This document shows, piece after piece, positions 40,694-53,018 of a DNA stretch of 64,000 bases. A model generated the notes under the pieces. It was given only the letters and a program-made list of their open reading frames with translations, did not search any database and had not been told where the DNA came from. The translations under genes were made by a program, and so were the position numbers. Numbering within the stretch: the stretch's first letter is position 1; each line of letters begins with the position of its first letter. The stretch lies in NCBI GenBank assembly GCA_000146045.2, contig BK006947.3:640001-704000 (forward strand), read 5' to 3'. The DNA is from TPA_inf: Saccharomyces (Eukaryota).

Positions 40694-43600
40694 CTACTCT
40701 CTTTCCTCAGTATCTGTAGAGGAAGAATCGTCGCCAAAGGCTATTTCTCTAATTTGTACAATCCAAGGATCCATCAACAGCTCAACCGCACTGGCTCTCT
40801 TGGAGGGGTTTTGAATAAGACATCTTTCCAGAAATTTCATACCAGCAGACGACACTTCATCCTTAGTAGGGAATTGTGGGGTATGTCCTGCAGCAACATG
40901 GTACATGATAGCCCATTCATTATCTAAGTTAGCCCATGGCCGTCTACCAGTGATCATTTCTAATACCACGCAGCCTAACGACCAAACATCGTCTGCCCCA
41001 AGTTTGCCTTTGGTGGTAGATCCAGTGATGGATTCTGGAGCCATGTACATAGGAGTTCCCATCATGTCTAATAGAGCATTTTCGTTATTTTTCACTGCCT
41101 TTGAATCAGAAACATGGGTAACATCTTCGTGTTCACCATCTGCGTTTTCGATTTTGTTCATACTTGCCAATCTAGTTCCATTATTAGCAATTTTTTTAGC
41201 AGCACCAAAATCAACATACTTAATAACACCATTAAAATCTAGTAGGATGTTTTCGGGTTTAACATCACGGTGAACAATGCCGGATTCATGCAAATATGCA
41301 AGTCCTTCTAGCAATTGTAAAGTGTAGACTTGAGTGACCATTTCATCTTCAATACGACCATGCTCCAAAAGAGCTGCTAGGGAACCGCCTTCACAATATT
41401 CCATAAAGATGTTAACTTTATCACGATGAACTTCAACACCGTAATATGAAACTATATTTGGATGGTTCAATATCTCTAAGACACTCATTTCCTCCTTGAT
41501 TAAGGGGAATATTTTTTGCATTGATTTGCTATCTTGAATATTGATTTCCTTGACTGCTAAAATCTCACCATTATCCAAATCAACAGCAGAATATACCCTT
41601 CCAAAAGTACCGCCACCAATAAAGTTCCTCTTTTGCCATCTCATAGAAACGTTCGATATGGAAGATGCCAAAGAAACAAGGTACTTGTTACCTTTGTCAC
41701 TATCATCAATTACTTTACCAGTTTGATGAGGATTCCGCTTTATCCTTTCTTCCAATTCCATTATACTTTGTACTCGGAACTCGGAATTCACTTGTAGCAT
41801 CATATCATCGTCAAACACATCTTCCAAATCAAGATTTGATCTAGCTTGTTGATTGATTTTCTCAACTTCTATGGAGCGTGCGCCTATTATATCAAAATGA
41901 GAAATAAGTAATGACATGCATTCTGAAATTTTTTGTTTTAAAGAAGAAAATTGGCATTCATCAAGAGCTAGTATGTTCCAACCGCTTACCATATGCATCG
42001 CGAACTCCATTGACGTGACACACCACCTAAATACCCTTTGATCAGTCGGATCACAGTCTTCAGCTAAGAACTTCAGCCATCCGATACTTAACCGCATCAT
42101 TAAAAGTATTATAATGGATCTTTTTTCATTGTTGGCAACATTAATTCTCAAAAAGTTCAGACCAAAATCCCTCCCAAAAAGGAAAATATTATTCAATAAA
42201 TCATTGACAGGACTTACCTTCTTGAACGTGGTCACAATCTTTGTATAGTTCTTCAGAACACTGTACGTGCATCTGAAATATGCTTTATTTATCCTTTGTA
42301 AGTTGTTTTTAACCGTTTCTGAGGAAGATTTTTTTTCCAAGAAAGAAACTGAGCTACCAGATATCTGTTGGAACCTGTCACATTGGTATTCTAAGGCATA
42401 ACTGGATCCTTGGCACATCAAATCTATTGAATTAGGAATTACTTTCAAGTTCAATCCCTCTGGTTTAATTGTTTTGTTATCGGATAGATTATACATCTCA
42501 CCCTCCCAAAGTAATGGCTCTTGCGGAGTCAATACCAATACATAACCAAGAGAGTTCAATCTTGTCTCCAGTTCATAAAACTCTTCCTCCGTGCTCCTGC
42601 TGTTTTCAAAATCCGGTTCACGATTGACTCTATTACCGTTATAAGATCTAGGCTGGGTGGTCAAATCGTTTTTGATATAATAAAATGGGGTACCATCATT
42701 CGAGATATCTGAACCCAGTGATGAGTTGGAGTTCCAATTATCATCCAAAGCATTATAAATTGTCAGACTGTTATTAATTTCTAGCTTAGGCACTAAATCA
42801 CAACCGATGTCTGAATTCTTAATGATTCTTAAAATATCATCATCTTTACAGCCTAATAGCTCTGGGCTACCAATTAAATAAGTACCATTTTGCTCTAGGT
42901 AACCTCCTGTGTATATAAGAAAGTGGCCTGTTTCTTTTAGTTGCTTTAGCAGATAGTTGTGATCTTCTATCTTGTAGCGGACAAAATTTTGAAATGCTTT
43001 TGTCAAAATATTGGTGAATCTATTGAGTTTTCTTTTCATGGATCCAAGTATTTCGAATATTTGCACCAGCCATTTTTCAGCAGCAGCTTCATTCTCTAAT
43101 TTTGGCGGAGTGTTTTGCTGCCTTAAAAGGTAAGCGTGCAATCTGTGAACCAATCTAAGTGTCAACTTCGTAAATTCTGCTGCGATCAGTTCGCCTGCAT
43201 CATCAATATAATAGCCGACGTTTCTAAACATTTCCCAATATTTTAATAACAGATCAGGTTCTTTAGAAGTCTTGAATGAGTTTTTGCCACTATATAATAT
43301 TCTCAGTTCCAAAATGGAGAAAAAATATTCCAATCCTTCAACAACGGTATGATCAAATTCGGGATCGATTTTCACTTTAAAAAACCAGTCATTACAGTAA
43401 GAAGCAACAGTGAATTTCATTTGGACTGCCAACTTAATATATGTACTAAAATCGTCCATCATTTGATCGATCATCATCAAGGTTGGATTCTGTATTTTCT
43501 TCGCGTAAGATAGGCGAATTAGTATTATATCTTTTACCAAACGCATTGGAAACATCAATAAAAATTCCAGATCTTGATCCAAATAAGATAGATTCAATTC

Positions 43601-45433
43601 ATTCCAAGTTTTTTGGTATTTCAAGAAGAAAAATTTGGCCTTCAAAATCCATGGTGCTAATGGAAAGAATATTTTTTTTTGAAATATCAGTTCAATATCC
43701 TTTTCCTTCATAATTTGCTCCGCAAAGCGTTTACAATTAGTGGCGAAAACGGCTGGATCATCCAAATTCACGGTGGTGTTATCCACTTCGGTAGTGCTTT
43801 CTAGCTCTTTATTGCCAACTATCCATTTTTTCAGGTACGCAATATTAGTATCAAAGTTAAATTTGAAATTAAGCCAACTATTCAAAGTATCTATTCGATT
43901 CCTGAATGCTTCTGTTTTAGTAATGGGTTTTTCAGCATGCATTCTTTTAATGTTAGGCCATAGATTTAAGACTCTATAATATTTGTCTACTAGTGATTTG
44001 ATAGTCTCTGCAGCCTCGTCAGCGCTCATATTATCTTCTAGTTTAAAGGCCATGATTTCTTGAAATACGGAGTCAGTAGAATCCCTAAAAATCCTCAGAG
44101 ATTTGTTCTGATCTTCCACGGTCCTCCCATTCATCCATGCCTTCAACTCAATCCAAATGTCATCTGAAAACTGAGTATTGAAGCCAGGGCCTTTCCCTTG
44201 ATTTGCAATCTTCGTTTTTTCATTCCTCACAATATCTCCCTTCAGTACCTTAGATAACATTGTTTGCCATTCAAATCGGTTGTTCACCATAGGATTTTGT
44301 AACAATTTTGACAGCAAATCCTCGCTCCCCAGTATGGAATGCCACTCCTCATCTTCTATTTCACACGGTTGATCATTGTTCACATCCCTCAACCAATCCA
44401 ATTTGCCCTTTAGATAATTTAGGCTCATCGAAACAACATTTTCATTATTTTTTGTGCTCGACGTAATAAAATTATAACCAAAATTGAAGTCGTTATCTTT
44501 ATCCTCACCTTCTACCTTTAAAAGATCATCCATTTCTAGTTCTAAGTCATCTTCACCTTTGTTACTAAAATTTTCTTCGTCATCTTCAAAGTTGGATGAT
44601 GCGACTATACCTCTAGTGTAATAATCATCATTAGCACGGTTTCTCATTTTTCTTAAATATAACTGTTCATTTAATACATATTGTTTTTTGTATGTTCGGA
44701 GGCTCGTTGTGCTTCCACCATGGTGGCCTACAGACCGTTGCGAGCTATTTGTCGTGACAATATCCTGCAAAGTGGAGGAACTTGTTGACCCATTTGGTTG
44801 CGATCTGGTGGGAATGTGTTTGTTCGAAGTTTGGTTTGTAATATTTTGTGGCGTTGACATAATCGATGTATTCGTTGTATTTAGTGAAGCCAGTTCTGGT
44901 GATATCACTAACGTTGGGGTCGTCAATAATGGATCTTGATTACTATTCACGGGAGCGGGCTTCTTAATAATCTCGCTCTCTGTTTTACTAGCCTCAACTT
45001 TCTTATGTACAGGAACAGGTTGAGTAGACAACTTCGGTAGAGACTGCTGAGGATTTTTTGGTAGAGGAAGACCAATATTCGAGGGCCGTCTACTAGATCT
45101 TGCCGAGGAGCTGGAGGACCCAGAAATGGCATTTTGATGAAAAAACTGACCTTGAGGTATACCCGGAAGACGATTGAATAGCTGTACTGTATTTAATGGA
45201 GACTCTCCAGGGCTGTAAACAGCGTTTGGTGATCTAAAGTACTGGGTAGAATGCAGCCCTGGGCTGATGGGCGATGACGCTACTCGAGCCTGCGTAGTAT
45301 TGGAATTTCGCCCTAAACTTTCCGACCTTAGTCTAGATGAAGATGATGAAGATGACTGCCTCATCTTGGAGCTGCTGGGCTTTTCCGTGGAATCGCCGTA
45401 AGGCTTATAATTGAAGTAGTCTGAATGCGACAT
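40694..45433 (-). CDS. SSK2: HOG-pathway MAP kinase kinase kinase Ssk2, 1579 aa
   Basis: 1579 aa; C-terminal Ser/Thr kinase domain ([17 protein letters not shown]), long regulatory N-terminus. Confidence 0.96.
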
Positions 45434-46009
45434 TATTTGTGCCTGTCAAATAGTTTACGCAAAGGCTTCTCTTCTTTTTAGTAATGGCAGACTGTTTGTA
45501 CTTGAAACTGCCCAATAGTAACTTGAAGGACAGACGGAGCTCACACAAAAGTTAACAAATATGCTGGAACCTTTTTTTTTCCTTTGAATTCTTTGTAAAC
45601 CAGTAATTCGTTTTGAAAACACCCGTTCTTAGCTGTTCTTTAACAGTACTACTCTCTAAGGCAATAACACACTGGGGCAGCAACAATTACAATCTTCTAA
45701 CCTCTTCTAATCTGCAGATTTGGCTTCTTTCTATCTCTGTTTACCCACCTTTATCACTCTTTTCAGATTAATCAATTCTTTCCATACAAAGAAACGCCCG
45801 AAAAGTGGCGCGAGTTTCCCGGGTGATGGAGCAGTAATTAATAATGCAAAACTGCTAAAATACCCACTGTTTCAGGGTATGAAACGCGGTATTTTCAGCG
45901 AGTTGTAGGTAATTTGGAACAGTTCGTGACTGTTTATTAAGTTCCACTCATTGCAGTTGTATCCCCACTGTGTACTTTTATTTTTGGTTAGAGAATTGGC
46001 CCAGTAGAG

Positions 46010-47116
46010 ATGGAATTGGACGAATGTTTAGAAAGGCTATACAAGGCCCAGTTACTACCTGAAGTGACTGTAAGGGCACTCTGCTTTAAGCTGAAGGAAA
46101 TGCTAGTGAAGGAGTCAAACGTGATTCACATTCAGACCCCTGTCACAGTCGTGGGGGATATGCATGGACAGTTTCACGATATGCTGGAGATCTTCCAAAT
46201 AGGCGGCCCTGTTCCTGATACGAATTATCTGTTCTTGGGCGACTATGTAGACAGGGGGTTGTACAGTGTGGAAACAATTATGCTATTGATTGTGCTTAAG
46301 CTTCGATATCCTAGTAGAATTCATCTTTTGAGGGGAAACCACGAGTCACGTCAAATCACGCAGAGCTATGGTTTCTACACGGAGTGCTTGAACAAGTACG
46401 GTGGCAATTCAAGAGTTTGGCAATATTTGACAGATATATTTGACTATCTAGTGTTATGCTGTATTATCGACGACGAAATTTTTTGTGTTCATGGTGGGCT
46501 CTCGCCCAATGTTCAAACCATAGATCAGATCAAGATTATTGATAGATTTCGAGAAATTCCACACGATGGCGCCATGGCAGACTTGGTTTGGTCTGATCCG
46601 GAAGAAAACAATAACCCCACGTTAGATCATCCAGATAACTCTGGACAACATTTCCAGGTGTCACCTCGTGGAGCAGGTTATACTTTCGGAAGAAGCGTGG
46701 TGGAGAAATTCTTACGTATGAACGATATGAACAGAATATACAGAGCCCATCAGTTATGTAACGAAGGTTACCAGATATATTTTGATGGATTGGTTACTAC
46801 TGTATGGTCGGCGCCAAACTATTGTTATCGGTGCGGCAATAAAGCATCTATTCTGGAGCTGTATAGTAAAGATCAATTCTACTTCAACGTTTTCGAAGAG
46901 GCACCTGAAAATAAACTGTTGAAAGAGAACAGTATGAACGACAATGCCTTAGAAGATAGCATATCTAATCCGGTAGCCAACAGGAAATTGATTGCAGATT
47001 ATTTCGAAGACGACTCTGCCTCCGCAGATGGCTCCACGGACCCTGAAATGTACATATTTTCAGATGTATACCAAGCCAGATCTGCTTCTAACAGACATGT
47101 TGATTACTTCTTGTAG
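46010..47116 (+). CDS. PPG1: PP2A-like serine/threonine phosphatase Ppg1, 368 aa
   Basis: 368 aa; GDMHGQ, GDYVDRG, RGNHE PPP motifs. Confidence 0.95.
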   Translation: MELDECLERLYKAQLLPEVTVRALCFKLKEMLVKESNVIHIQTPVTVVGDMHGQFHDMLEIFQIGGPVPDTNYLFLGDYVDRGLYSVETIMLLIVLKLRYPSRIHLLRGNHESRQITQSYGFYTECLNKYGGNSRVWQYLTDIFDYLVLCCIIDDEIFCVHGGLSPNVQTIDQIKIIDRFREIPHDGAMADLVWSDPEENNNPTLDHPDNSGQHFQVSPRGAGYTFGRSVVEKFLRMNDMNRIYRAHQLCNEGYQIYFDGLVTTVWSAPNYCYRCGNKASILELYSKDQFYFNVFEEAPENKLLKENSMNDNALEDSISNPVANRKLIADYFEDDSASADGSTDPEMYIFSDVYQARSASNRHVDYFL

Positions 47117-47242
47117 CTTACTAAACAATAGAAAAGCATTATAGAGACAACGCCATCTTATTATTTCTACATATTCTATCTCTCTCGGTTGCAAATGTAT
47201 GTATTGTGTATTTAGATCAAAAAAAAAAAAACAGCGCATTTT

Positions 47243-47464
47243 CTACAGGTAATACAGCTCCAAATTTGTCTGATCATGTACCTCATAATCTTCCAGAGAG
47301 ATATGGTCTTTTAAAACACTTCCACCCTTCTGCAACACAATTTTGTTTGGTTGGGTGCCAATTTGCAAGGACAATACTTTTTTGAAATCACCTACACTAT
47401 CTTCAGCAAGGCACTTCACTCTGACTTTTTTGCCTAATCGGTCATTCACAACTACCTCAATCAT
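47243..47464 (-). CDS. HUB1: Ubiquitin-like splicing modifier Hub1, 73 aa
   Basis: Complement ATG at 47462..47464 gives [19 protein letters not shown]..., 73 aa ending ...LELYYL. Confidence 0.92.
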   Translation of the reverse strand: MIEVVVNDRLGKKVRVKCLAEDSVGDFKKVLSLQIGTQPNKIVLQKGGSVLKDHISLEDYEVHDQTNLELYYL

Positions 47465-47634
47465 TTTCAGAGTATTTATTTGCAATCTAAGCTTTGCCAC
47501 CGCTCCTCTTTCTCAATCTTTTCCTCTCCCTCCTCATCTCTCTCAGCCAAAACCGCGAATATATAAAAACAAGCAAGTCTCCCGTAGAACTTTTACACGA
47601 TGACCTTTCGAGATTTCACAAGGGGGATAAAGGA

Positions 47635-49998
47635 ATGCTGTCCGATACAATTGACACAAAGCAACAACAGCAACAGCTTCATGTCCTGTTCATAGACTCT
47701 TATGATTCATTCACCTACAATGTAGTGAGACTAATTGAACAACAAACTGATATCTCACCGGGAGTCAACGCCGTGCACGTGACGACGGTACATAGTGATA
47801 CGTTCCAATCTATGGATCAGCTATTGCCACTTTTGCCGCTTTTTGATGCTATCGTTGTTGGCCCAGGACCTGGGAATCCCAACAATGGTGCACAAGATAT
47901 GGGTATAATATCTGAGCTTTTCGAGAATGCCAATGGAAAGTTAGATGAAGTTCCAATATTGGGTATATGTCTTGGGTTCCAAGCAATGTGCTTGGCTCAA
48001 GGTGCTGATGTCAGTGAGCTAAATACTATCAAGCATGGGCAAGTGTATGAAATGCATTTAAACGATGCAGCCAGAGCTTGTGGCCTTTTTTCTGGTTATC
48101 CCGATACGTTCAAATCTACGAGGTACCATTCATTGCATGTCAATGCCGAAGGCATTGACACCCTTTTGCCCTTATGCACAACCGAAGATGAGAACGGTAT
48201 TCTTTTGATGAGTGCTCAAACGAAAAATAAGCCATGGTTTGGCGTACAGTACCACCCGGAGTCATGTTGTTCAGAATTGGGGGGGCTGTTAGTCAGTAAC
48301 TTTCTCAAGTTGAGTTTCATAAATAACGTGAAGACAGGAAGGTGGGAAAAGAAGAAACTTAATGGAGAGTTTTCCGATATCCTATCTCGATTGGATAGGA
48401 CTATTGATAGAGACCCCATATACAAGGTAAAAGAGAAATATCCGAAGGGCGAGGACACAACTTACGTTAAGCAGTTCGAGGTCTCTGAAGACCCGAAATT
48501 GACATTTGAAATTTGCAACATCATACGAGAAGAAAAATTTGTCATGTCATCTTCTGTGATTAGTGAAAATACGGGTGAATGGTCTATCATTGCTTTACCA
48601 AACTCCGCATCCCAGGTATTCACTCATTATGGAGCTATGAAAAAGACTACAGTTCATTATTGGCAAGATAGTGAAATTAGTTACACCTTGTTGAAAAAGT
48701 GTCTAGATGGTCAAGATTCGGATTTGCCTGGCTCCCTTGAGGTAATACATGAAGATAAATCCCAATTTTGGATCACTTTGGGTAAATTTATGGAGAATAA
48801 AATAATCGATAACCACAGAGAAATACCTTTTATTGGAGGTCTTGTTGGCATTTTAGGTTATGAAATAGGTCAGTACATTGCATGCGGCCGTTGCAATGAT
48901 GATGAGAATTCCCTTGTTCCCGACGCCAAACTAGTTTTTATCAACAATAGTATAGTCATTAATCACAAGCAAGGGAAGCTTTATTGTATTTCTCTGGATA
49001 ATACATTTCCAGTGGCATTAGAACAATCATTAAGGGACAGTTTTGTTAGAAAGAAGAATATTAAGCAATCCCTGTCCTGGCCCAAGTATCTTCCAGAGGA
49101 GATAGACTTCATTATAACTATGCCCGATAAACTTGACTACGCTAAGGCGTTTAAGAAATGTCAGGATTATATGCATAAGGGTGATTCTTATGAAATGTGT
49201 CTCACAACGCAAACCAAAGTTGTACCATCTGCGGTGATAGAACCCTGGAGGATTTTCCAGACCTTGGTACAAAGAAACCCGGCTCCATTTTCAAGTTTTT
49301 TTGAGTTTAAAGACATTATTCCCCGCCAAGATGAAACGCCTCCAGTTTTGTGCTTCTTAAGTACTTCTCCAGAAAGGTTTTTGAAGTGGGATGCAGACAC
49401 ATGCGAGCTACGTCCCATCAAGGGAACTGTGAAAAAAGGACCGCAAATGAACTTGGCAAAAGCCACACGAATCCTGAAGACACCAAAAGAATTTGGTGAG
49501 AACTTAATGATTTTGGACTTAATCAGAAATGACCTTTACGAGTTGGTTCCTGACGTTCGGGTGGAGGAGTTCATGTCCGTGCAAGAATATGCCACCGTTT
49601 ACCAACTCGTTAGCGTCGTAAAGGCACATGGATTGACCTCTGCCAGTAAGAAGACGAGATATTCAGGCATTGATGTCCTTAAACACTCGCTTCCTCCGGG
49701 ATCTATGACGGGAGCCCCCAAGAAGATTACTGTGCAATTATTGCAGGACAAGATAGAAAGCAAGCTAAACAAACATGTCAATGGTGGAGCACGTGGTGTT
49801 TACAGCGGTGTCACGGGATATTGGTCTGTGAATTCCAACGGAGATTGGTCTGTTAACATTAGATGTATGTATTCCTACAACGGCGGAACCAGCTGGCAAC
49901 TCGGTGCAGGGGGGGCCATAACAGTCTTAAGCACACTAGATGGCGAACTAGAGGAAATGTACAACAAGTTGGAGAGCAACTTACAAATTTTCATGTAG
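47635..49998 (+). CDS. ABZ1: para-Aminobenzoate (ADC) synthase, fused glutamine amidotransferase + chorismate-binding domains, 787 aa
   Basis: Track start 47494 is TTG; ATG at 47635 gives MLSDTIDTKQQQQQLHVLFIDSYDSFTYN..., 787 aa. Confidence 0.93.
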   Translation: MLSDTIDTKQQQQQLHVLFIDSYDSFTYNVVRLIEQQTDISPGVNAVHVTTVHSDTFQSMDQLLPLLPLFDAIVVGPGPGNPNNGAQDMGIISELFENANGKLDEVPILGICLGFQAMCLAQGADVSELNTIKHGQVYEMHLNDAARACGLFSGYPDTFKSTRYHSLHVNAEGIDTLLPLCTTEDENGILLMSAQTKNKPWFGVQYHPESCCSELGGLLVSNFLKLSFINNVKTGRWEKKKLNGEFSDILSRLDRTIDRDPIYKVKEKYPKGEDTTYVKQFEVSEDPKLTFEICNIIREEKFVMSSSVISENTGEWSIIALPNSASQVFTHYGAMKKTTVHYWQDSEISYTLLKKCLDGQDSDLPGSLEVIHEDKSQFWITLGKFMENKIIDNHREIPFIGGLVGILGYEIGQYIACGRCNDDENSLVPDAKLVFINNSIVINHKQGKLYCISLDNTFPVALEQSLRDSFVRKKNIKQSLSWPKYLPEEIDFIITMPDKLDYAKAFKKCQDYMHKGDSYEMCLTTQTKVVPSAVIEPWRIFQTLVQRNPAPFSSFFEFKDIIPRQDETPPVLCFLSTSPERFLKWDADTCELRPIKGTVKKGPQMNLAKATRILKTPKEFGENLMILDLIRNDLYELVPDVRVEEFMSVQEYATVYQLVSVVKAHGLTSASKKTRYSGIDVLKHSLPPGSMTGAPKKITVQLLQDKIESKLNKHVNGGARGVYSGVTGYWSVNSNGDWSVNIRCMYSYNGGTSWQLGAGGAITVLSTLDGELEEMYNKLESNLQIFM

Positions 49999-50320
49999 AT
50001 ATTTGTATATTATTAGATATGTATGCAAACATTTTCTTTAGAATAATATACTATTCTTGTACGATGCAGAATTTTTTTTTTTTTTCGCTTTAGGAAAATG
50101 ACGTTTTGTGCCGTGGAAAACCCTGGAAAAGGATATTGGAAAAAAGTTAAAGCATGGTCATTTAGGGAAGACTTTCCTTCCAATTTACTTATCAATAGGT
50201 TATAATGTATGCTTGACGGAGCAGAATTCTTTCAAACCATAAGATAATAGATATTATAACATTTTAGTACATAAAAGAGGCCCGAGAAAATAGATTTTAA
50301 CTGGAATAATTTTTTGCAAG

Positions 50321-51286
50321 ATGACAACAACCGTACCTAAAGTGTTTGCATTCCATGAATTTGCAGGAGTAGCTGAGGCAGTTGCCGATCATGTTATTCA
50401 CGCACAAAACTCTGCCCTTAAGAAGGGCAAAGTCTCAAGGTCCACACAGATGTCCGGAACGAGCCTTAACGGAAATGGTAACACAGAATCCAAAACGATG
50501 GAGAGAGTAAATTCTGTAAGGAGTAATGCCTCCAGCCGTGGTGGTAGTGAAGACGGCGCCACTAAGAAATTGAAAAAGGAGAAAGAAAGGCGCTTCAAGA
50601 TTGCGTTGTCCGGTGGTTCGTTAATCCAAGTGTTGCACGAAGGATTGTTGAAAAGAGACGACGTTCAATGGGGTAAATGGGACATTTACTTTGCTGATGA
50701 AAGACTAGTGCCCTTTAGCTCCAGTGAAAGCAATTACGGTCTTGCTAAGAGAAAAATATTCGATTTAATAGATACGGAGAAGTACGGAACTCCGAAAATT
50801 TATCACATTGATGAGTCATTGATTAACGACCCTCAAGAGTGTGCAGATAACTATGAGAAAATTCTAATTAAAGGATTTGCCGGTAGAGATTCTGTGAAAC
50901 TACCGATGTTTGATCTGTTTCTGCTTGGCTGCGCTCCTGACGGTCACATAGCCTCGTTATTCCCCAATTTTCAAGAGAATCTACGTGAAAATCTGGCATG
51001 GGTCATACCTGTAGAAAATGCACCCAGCGGACCTTCGAATAGGATTTCACTGACCATCCCAGTGATTTGTCACTCTCATAGAGTCACCTTTGTTGTAGAG
51101 GGCGCCACAAAGGCGCCTGTAATCAAGACAATAATGGAAAGGCCTGAAAAGGGATTGCCTAGTAGTATTGTCAATGAGGGCGCCGCCGGTCGTGTTTCAT
51201 GGTTTGTAGACGACGATGCTTTGAAAGATGTCTTTGTAATTAAGAAGAAGTACAAGTTTTATGATGATGAGAATTTGACTGAGTAG
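50321..51286 (+). CDS. SOL1: 6-phosphogluconolactonase-like protein Sol1, 321 aa
   Basis: 321 aa; glucosamine-6-P isomerase/6PGL fold; matches YNR034W. Confidence 0.9.
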   Translation: MTTTVPKVFAFHEFAGVAEAVADHVIHAQNSALKKGKVSRSTQMSGTSLNGNGNTESKTMERVNSVRSNASSRGGSEDGATKKLKKEKERRFKIALSGGSLIQVLHEGLLKRDDVQWGKWDIYFADERLVPFSSSESNYGLAKRKIFDLIDTEKYGTPKIYHIDESLINDPQECADNYEKILIKGFAGRDSVKLPMFDLFLLGCAPDGHIASLFPNFQENLRENLAWVIPVENAPSGPSNRISLTIPVICHSHRVTFVVEGATKAPVIKTIMERPEKGLPSSIVNEGAAGRVSWFVDDDALKDVFVIKKKYKFYDDENLTE

Positions 51287-52149
51287 GTGTTTAATTTTTT
51301 GGGTTCTTTTTCTTTCTGATGATAATGACAACTAATGACAATACTATGATTTAACCTTAACCATTTTCTTTTTTTAGCTCTTTCTATCCCCACCCTTCCC
51401 TTTAGTAATCGCAATAAATCACCCTATGTTTTTGAATTTTCTCGAGAAGTAACTTTATATAAAACAAGTCATCTTAGTGACGTAGTGTGCATATATAACA
51501 TACAACATATATAATATATACAATAACCCTTTAGAAAAAAATAATAACAACCACAGTGGATATTTCCCTTTTGGACCTATGGCTTCCGCTAAGAGAAAAG
51601 CATGCTTTTAAGTTTTCTTTTCTTTCAAGGAGATTATTTGGTCTTAAGCGAAGTGAGAGATTGAAACAAAATGTTAATTACAGAGTTTACGAAGAATCAG
51701 TTTGCAAGACCACCTTATTCGTATGGCATTATCAAGCTTTGTGTGTAGACTATCCACACAAACATGATTCAACATACATAGCAGTGGTAGGTATACAACG
51801 GATATAAAAACCTTAACTCTACGTGTAGAAAATGTAAAAGGGTAGAGCGGTTGCAAAAAAGCAAGTTTTAGTAGGATTCCAGGAACAGCTTCTCATCTTG
51901 CTAGATAACATACGGCAATAATGACAAAATACACTGAGCCATGCGGTTGTTACACTTTCCCAAAATAGTAATCTACTTCTCCCATTTTTTATATTTTGCG
52001 TATCACACCACATCGTCCCTCAACACAAAAGTTTTTGTTCTTGTTGACAAGACTGTCATTTTCCCCTTGAGTGACTTTATGTCGCTGATTCATTCATTTC
52101 GGCATTGTTTGCTGTTTATTCCCCAGATTCTTTCCGCTTTGCTTGGCTG

Positions 52150-52418
52150 CCCCTTTCCCCGGAAGCCTCGAGATTAAGATGAAAAGACTAATAGCCAGGC
52201 TGTTAACCCCTTGTTGATACAGTTTGGACACCCCCTACTAGTTAGCTGTGTATCCTGAATCTATGTCAAGCAAAAATTGCTTACATACAGTAAGGTATTT
52301 TTTATAATCCCGCCAACACTATGTCGACTCCTTCATTTTGGACATCTTCTTTACATGGACGAACCAGAGAAGGAGGTCGGCTCGAAGGGAATGTAAAGCT
52401 ATCATAGGGGTATAAATA
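52150..52418. promoter_or_regulatory. STRE cluster (CCCCT at 52150, 52207, 52232; AGGGG at 52406) plus TATAAATA box (52411-52418) upstream of YNR034W-A
   Basis: Exact pentamers and TATA consensus ~145 bp from ATG. Confidence 0.65.
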
Positions 52419-52560
52419 AGAGACACATTGTTCTATTATAGAGAAAAATATTTTATAGATCTTGTATCTCATCTTGCGTAATATAACCAAACAAAGGTTT
52501 TCCTTATACTATATCAAACCAAAAAAAAAAAAAAGCAAAACAACAAATAATCATAATATC

Positions 52561-52857
52561 ATGAAGTCAAGTATTCCAATCACCGAAGTATTGCCAAGAG
52601 CAGTGGGTTCGCTAACATTCGATGAAAATTACAATTTACTGGATACATCAGGTGTCGCAAAAGTCATCGAAAAGTCACCAATCGCAGAAATAATCAGGAA
52701 ATCAAATGCCGAGTTAGGTAGGCTGGGCTACTCCGTCTACGAAGATGCTCAATATATAGGTCATGCCTTCAAGAAAGCTGGCCATTTTATTGTGTACTTC
52801 ACTCCAAAGAACAAGAACAGAGAGGGCGTTGTTCCTCCTGTAGGAATAACCAATTAG
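52561..52857 (+). CDS. EGO4: Small stress-induced protein YNR034W-A (Ego4), 98 aa
   Basis: ATG at 52561 gives MKSSIPITEVLPRAVGS..., 98 aa; STRE cluster and TATA box upstream. Confidence 0.85.
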   Translation: MKSSIPITEVLPRAVGSLTFDENYNLLDTSGVAKVIEKSPIAEIIRKSNAELGRLGYSVYEDAQYIGHAFKKAGHFIVYFTPKNKNREGVVPPVGITN

Positions 52858-53018
52858 CTCAGAACAGAATTAGTGTTAATAGCGGTGACAGTAGTTTTAT
52901 TGTATCTCACCTTTTTTTATGTATAATCATATAATGACTTAATTATTTTTGAAATGTTTCTTTTTTTTTTTTTAGTTATAACCCTTTTTACGGATTCTTA
53001 CGTACTTATTTAATCTTT

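Noticed and set aside
47494-47634. 47-codon upstream extension of the ABZ1 reading frame with a hydrophobic signal-peptide-like sequence
   Set aside because: Starts at a TTG, not ATG, and overlaps the HUB1 start codon region; known Abz1 N-terminus MLSDTIDTKQQQQQ begins at 47635.
51287-52560. tRNA gene or Ty LTR remnant in the long SOL1-YNR034W-A gap
   Set aside because: No GGTTCGA-type B box with an appropriately spaced A box, no delta/sigma/tau terminal sequences (TGTTGGAATA etc.), and no target-site duplications seen.
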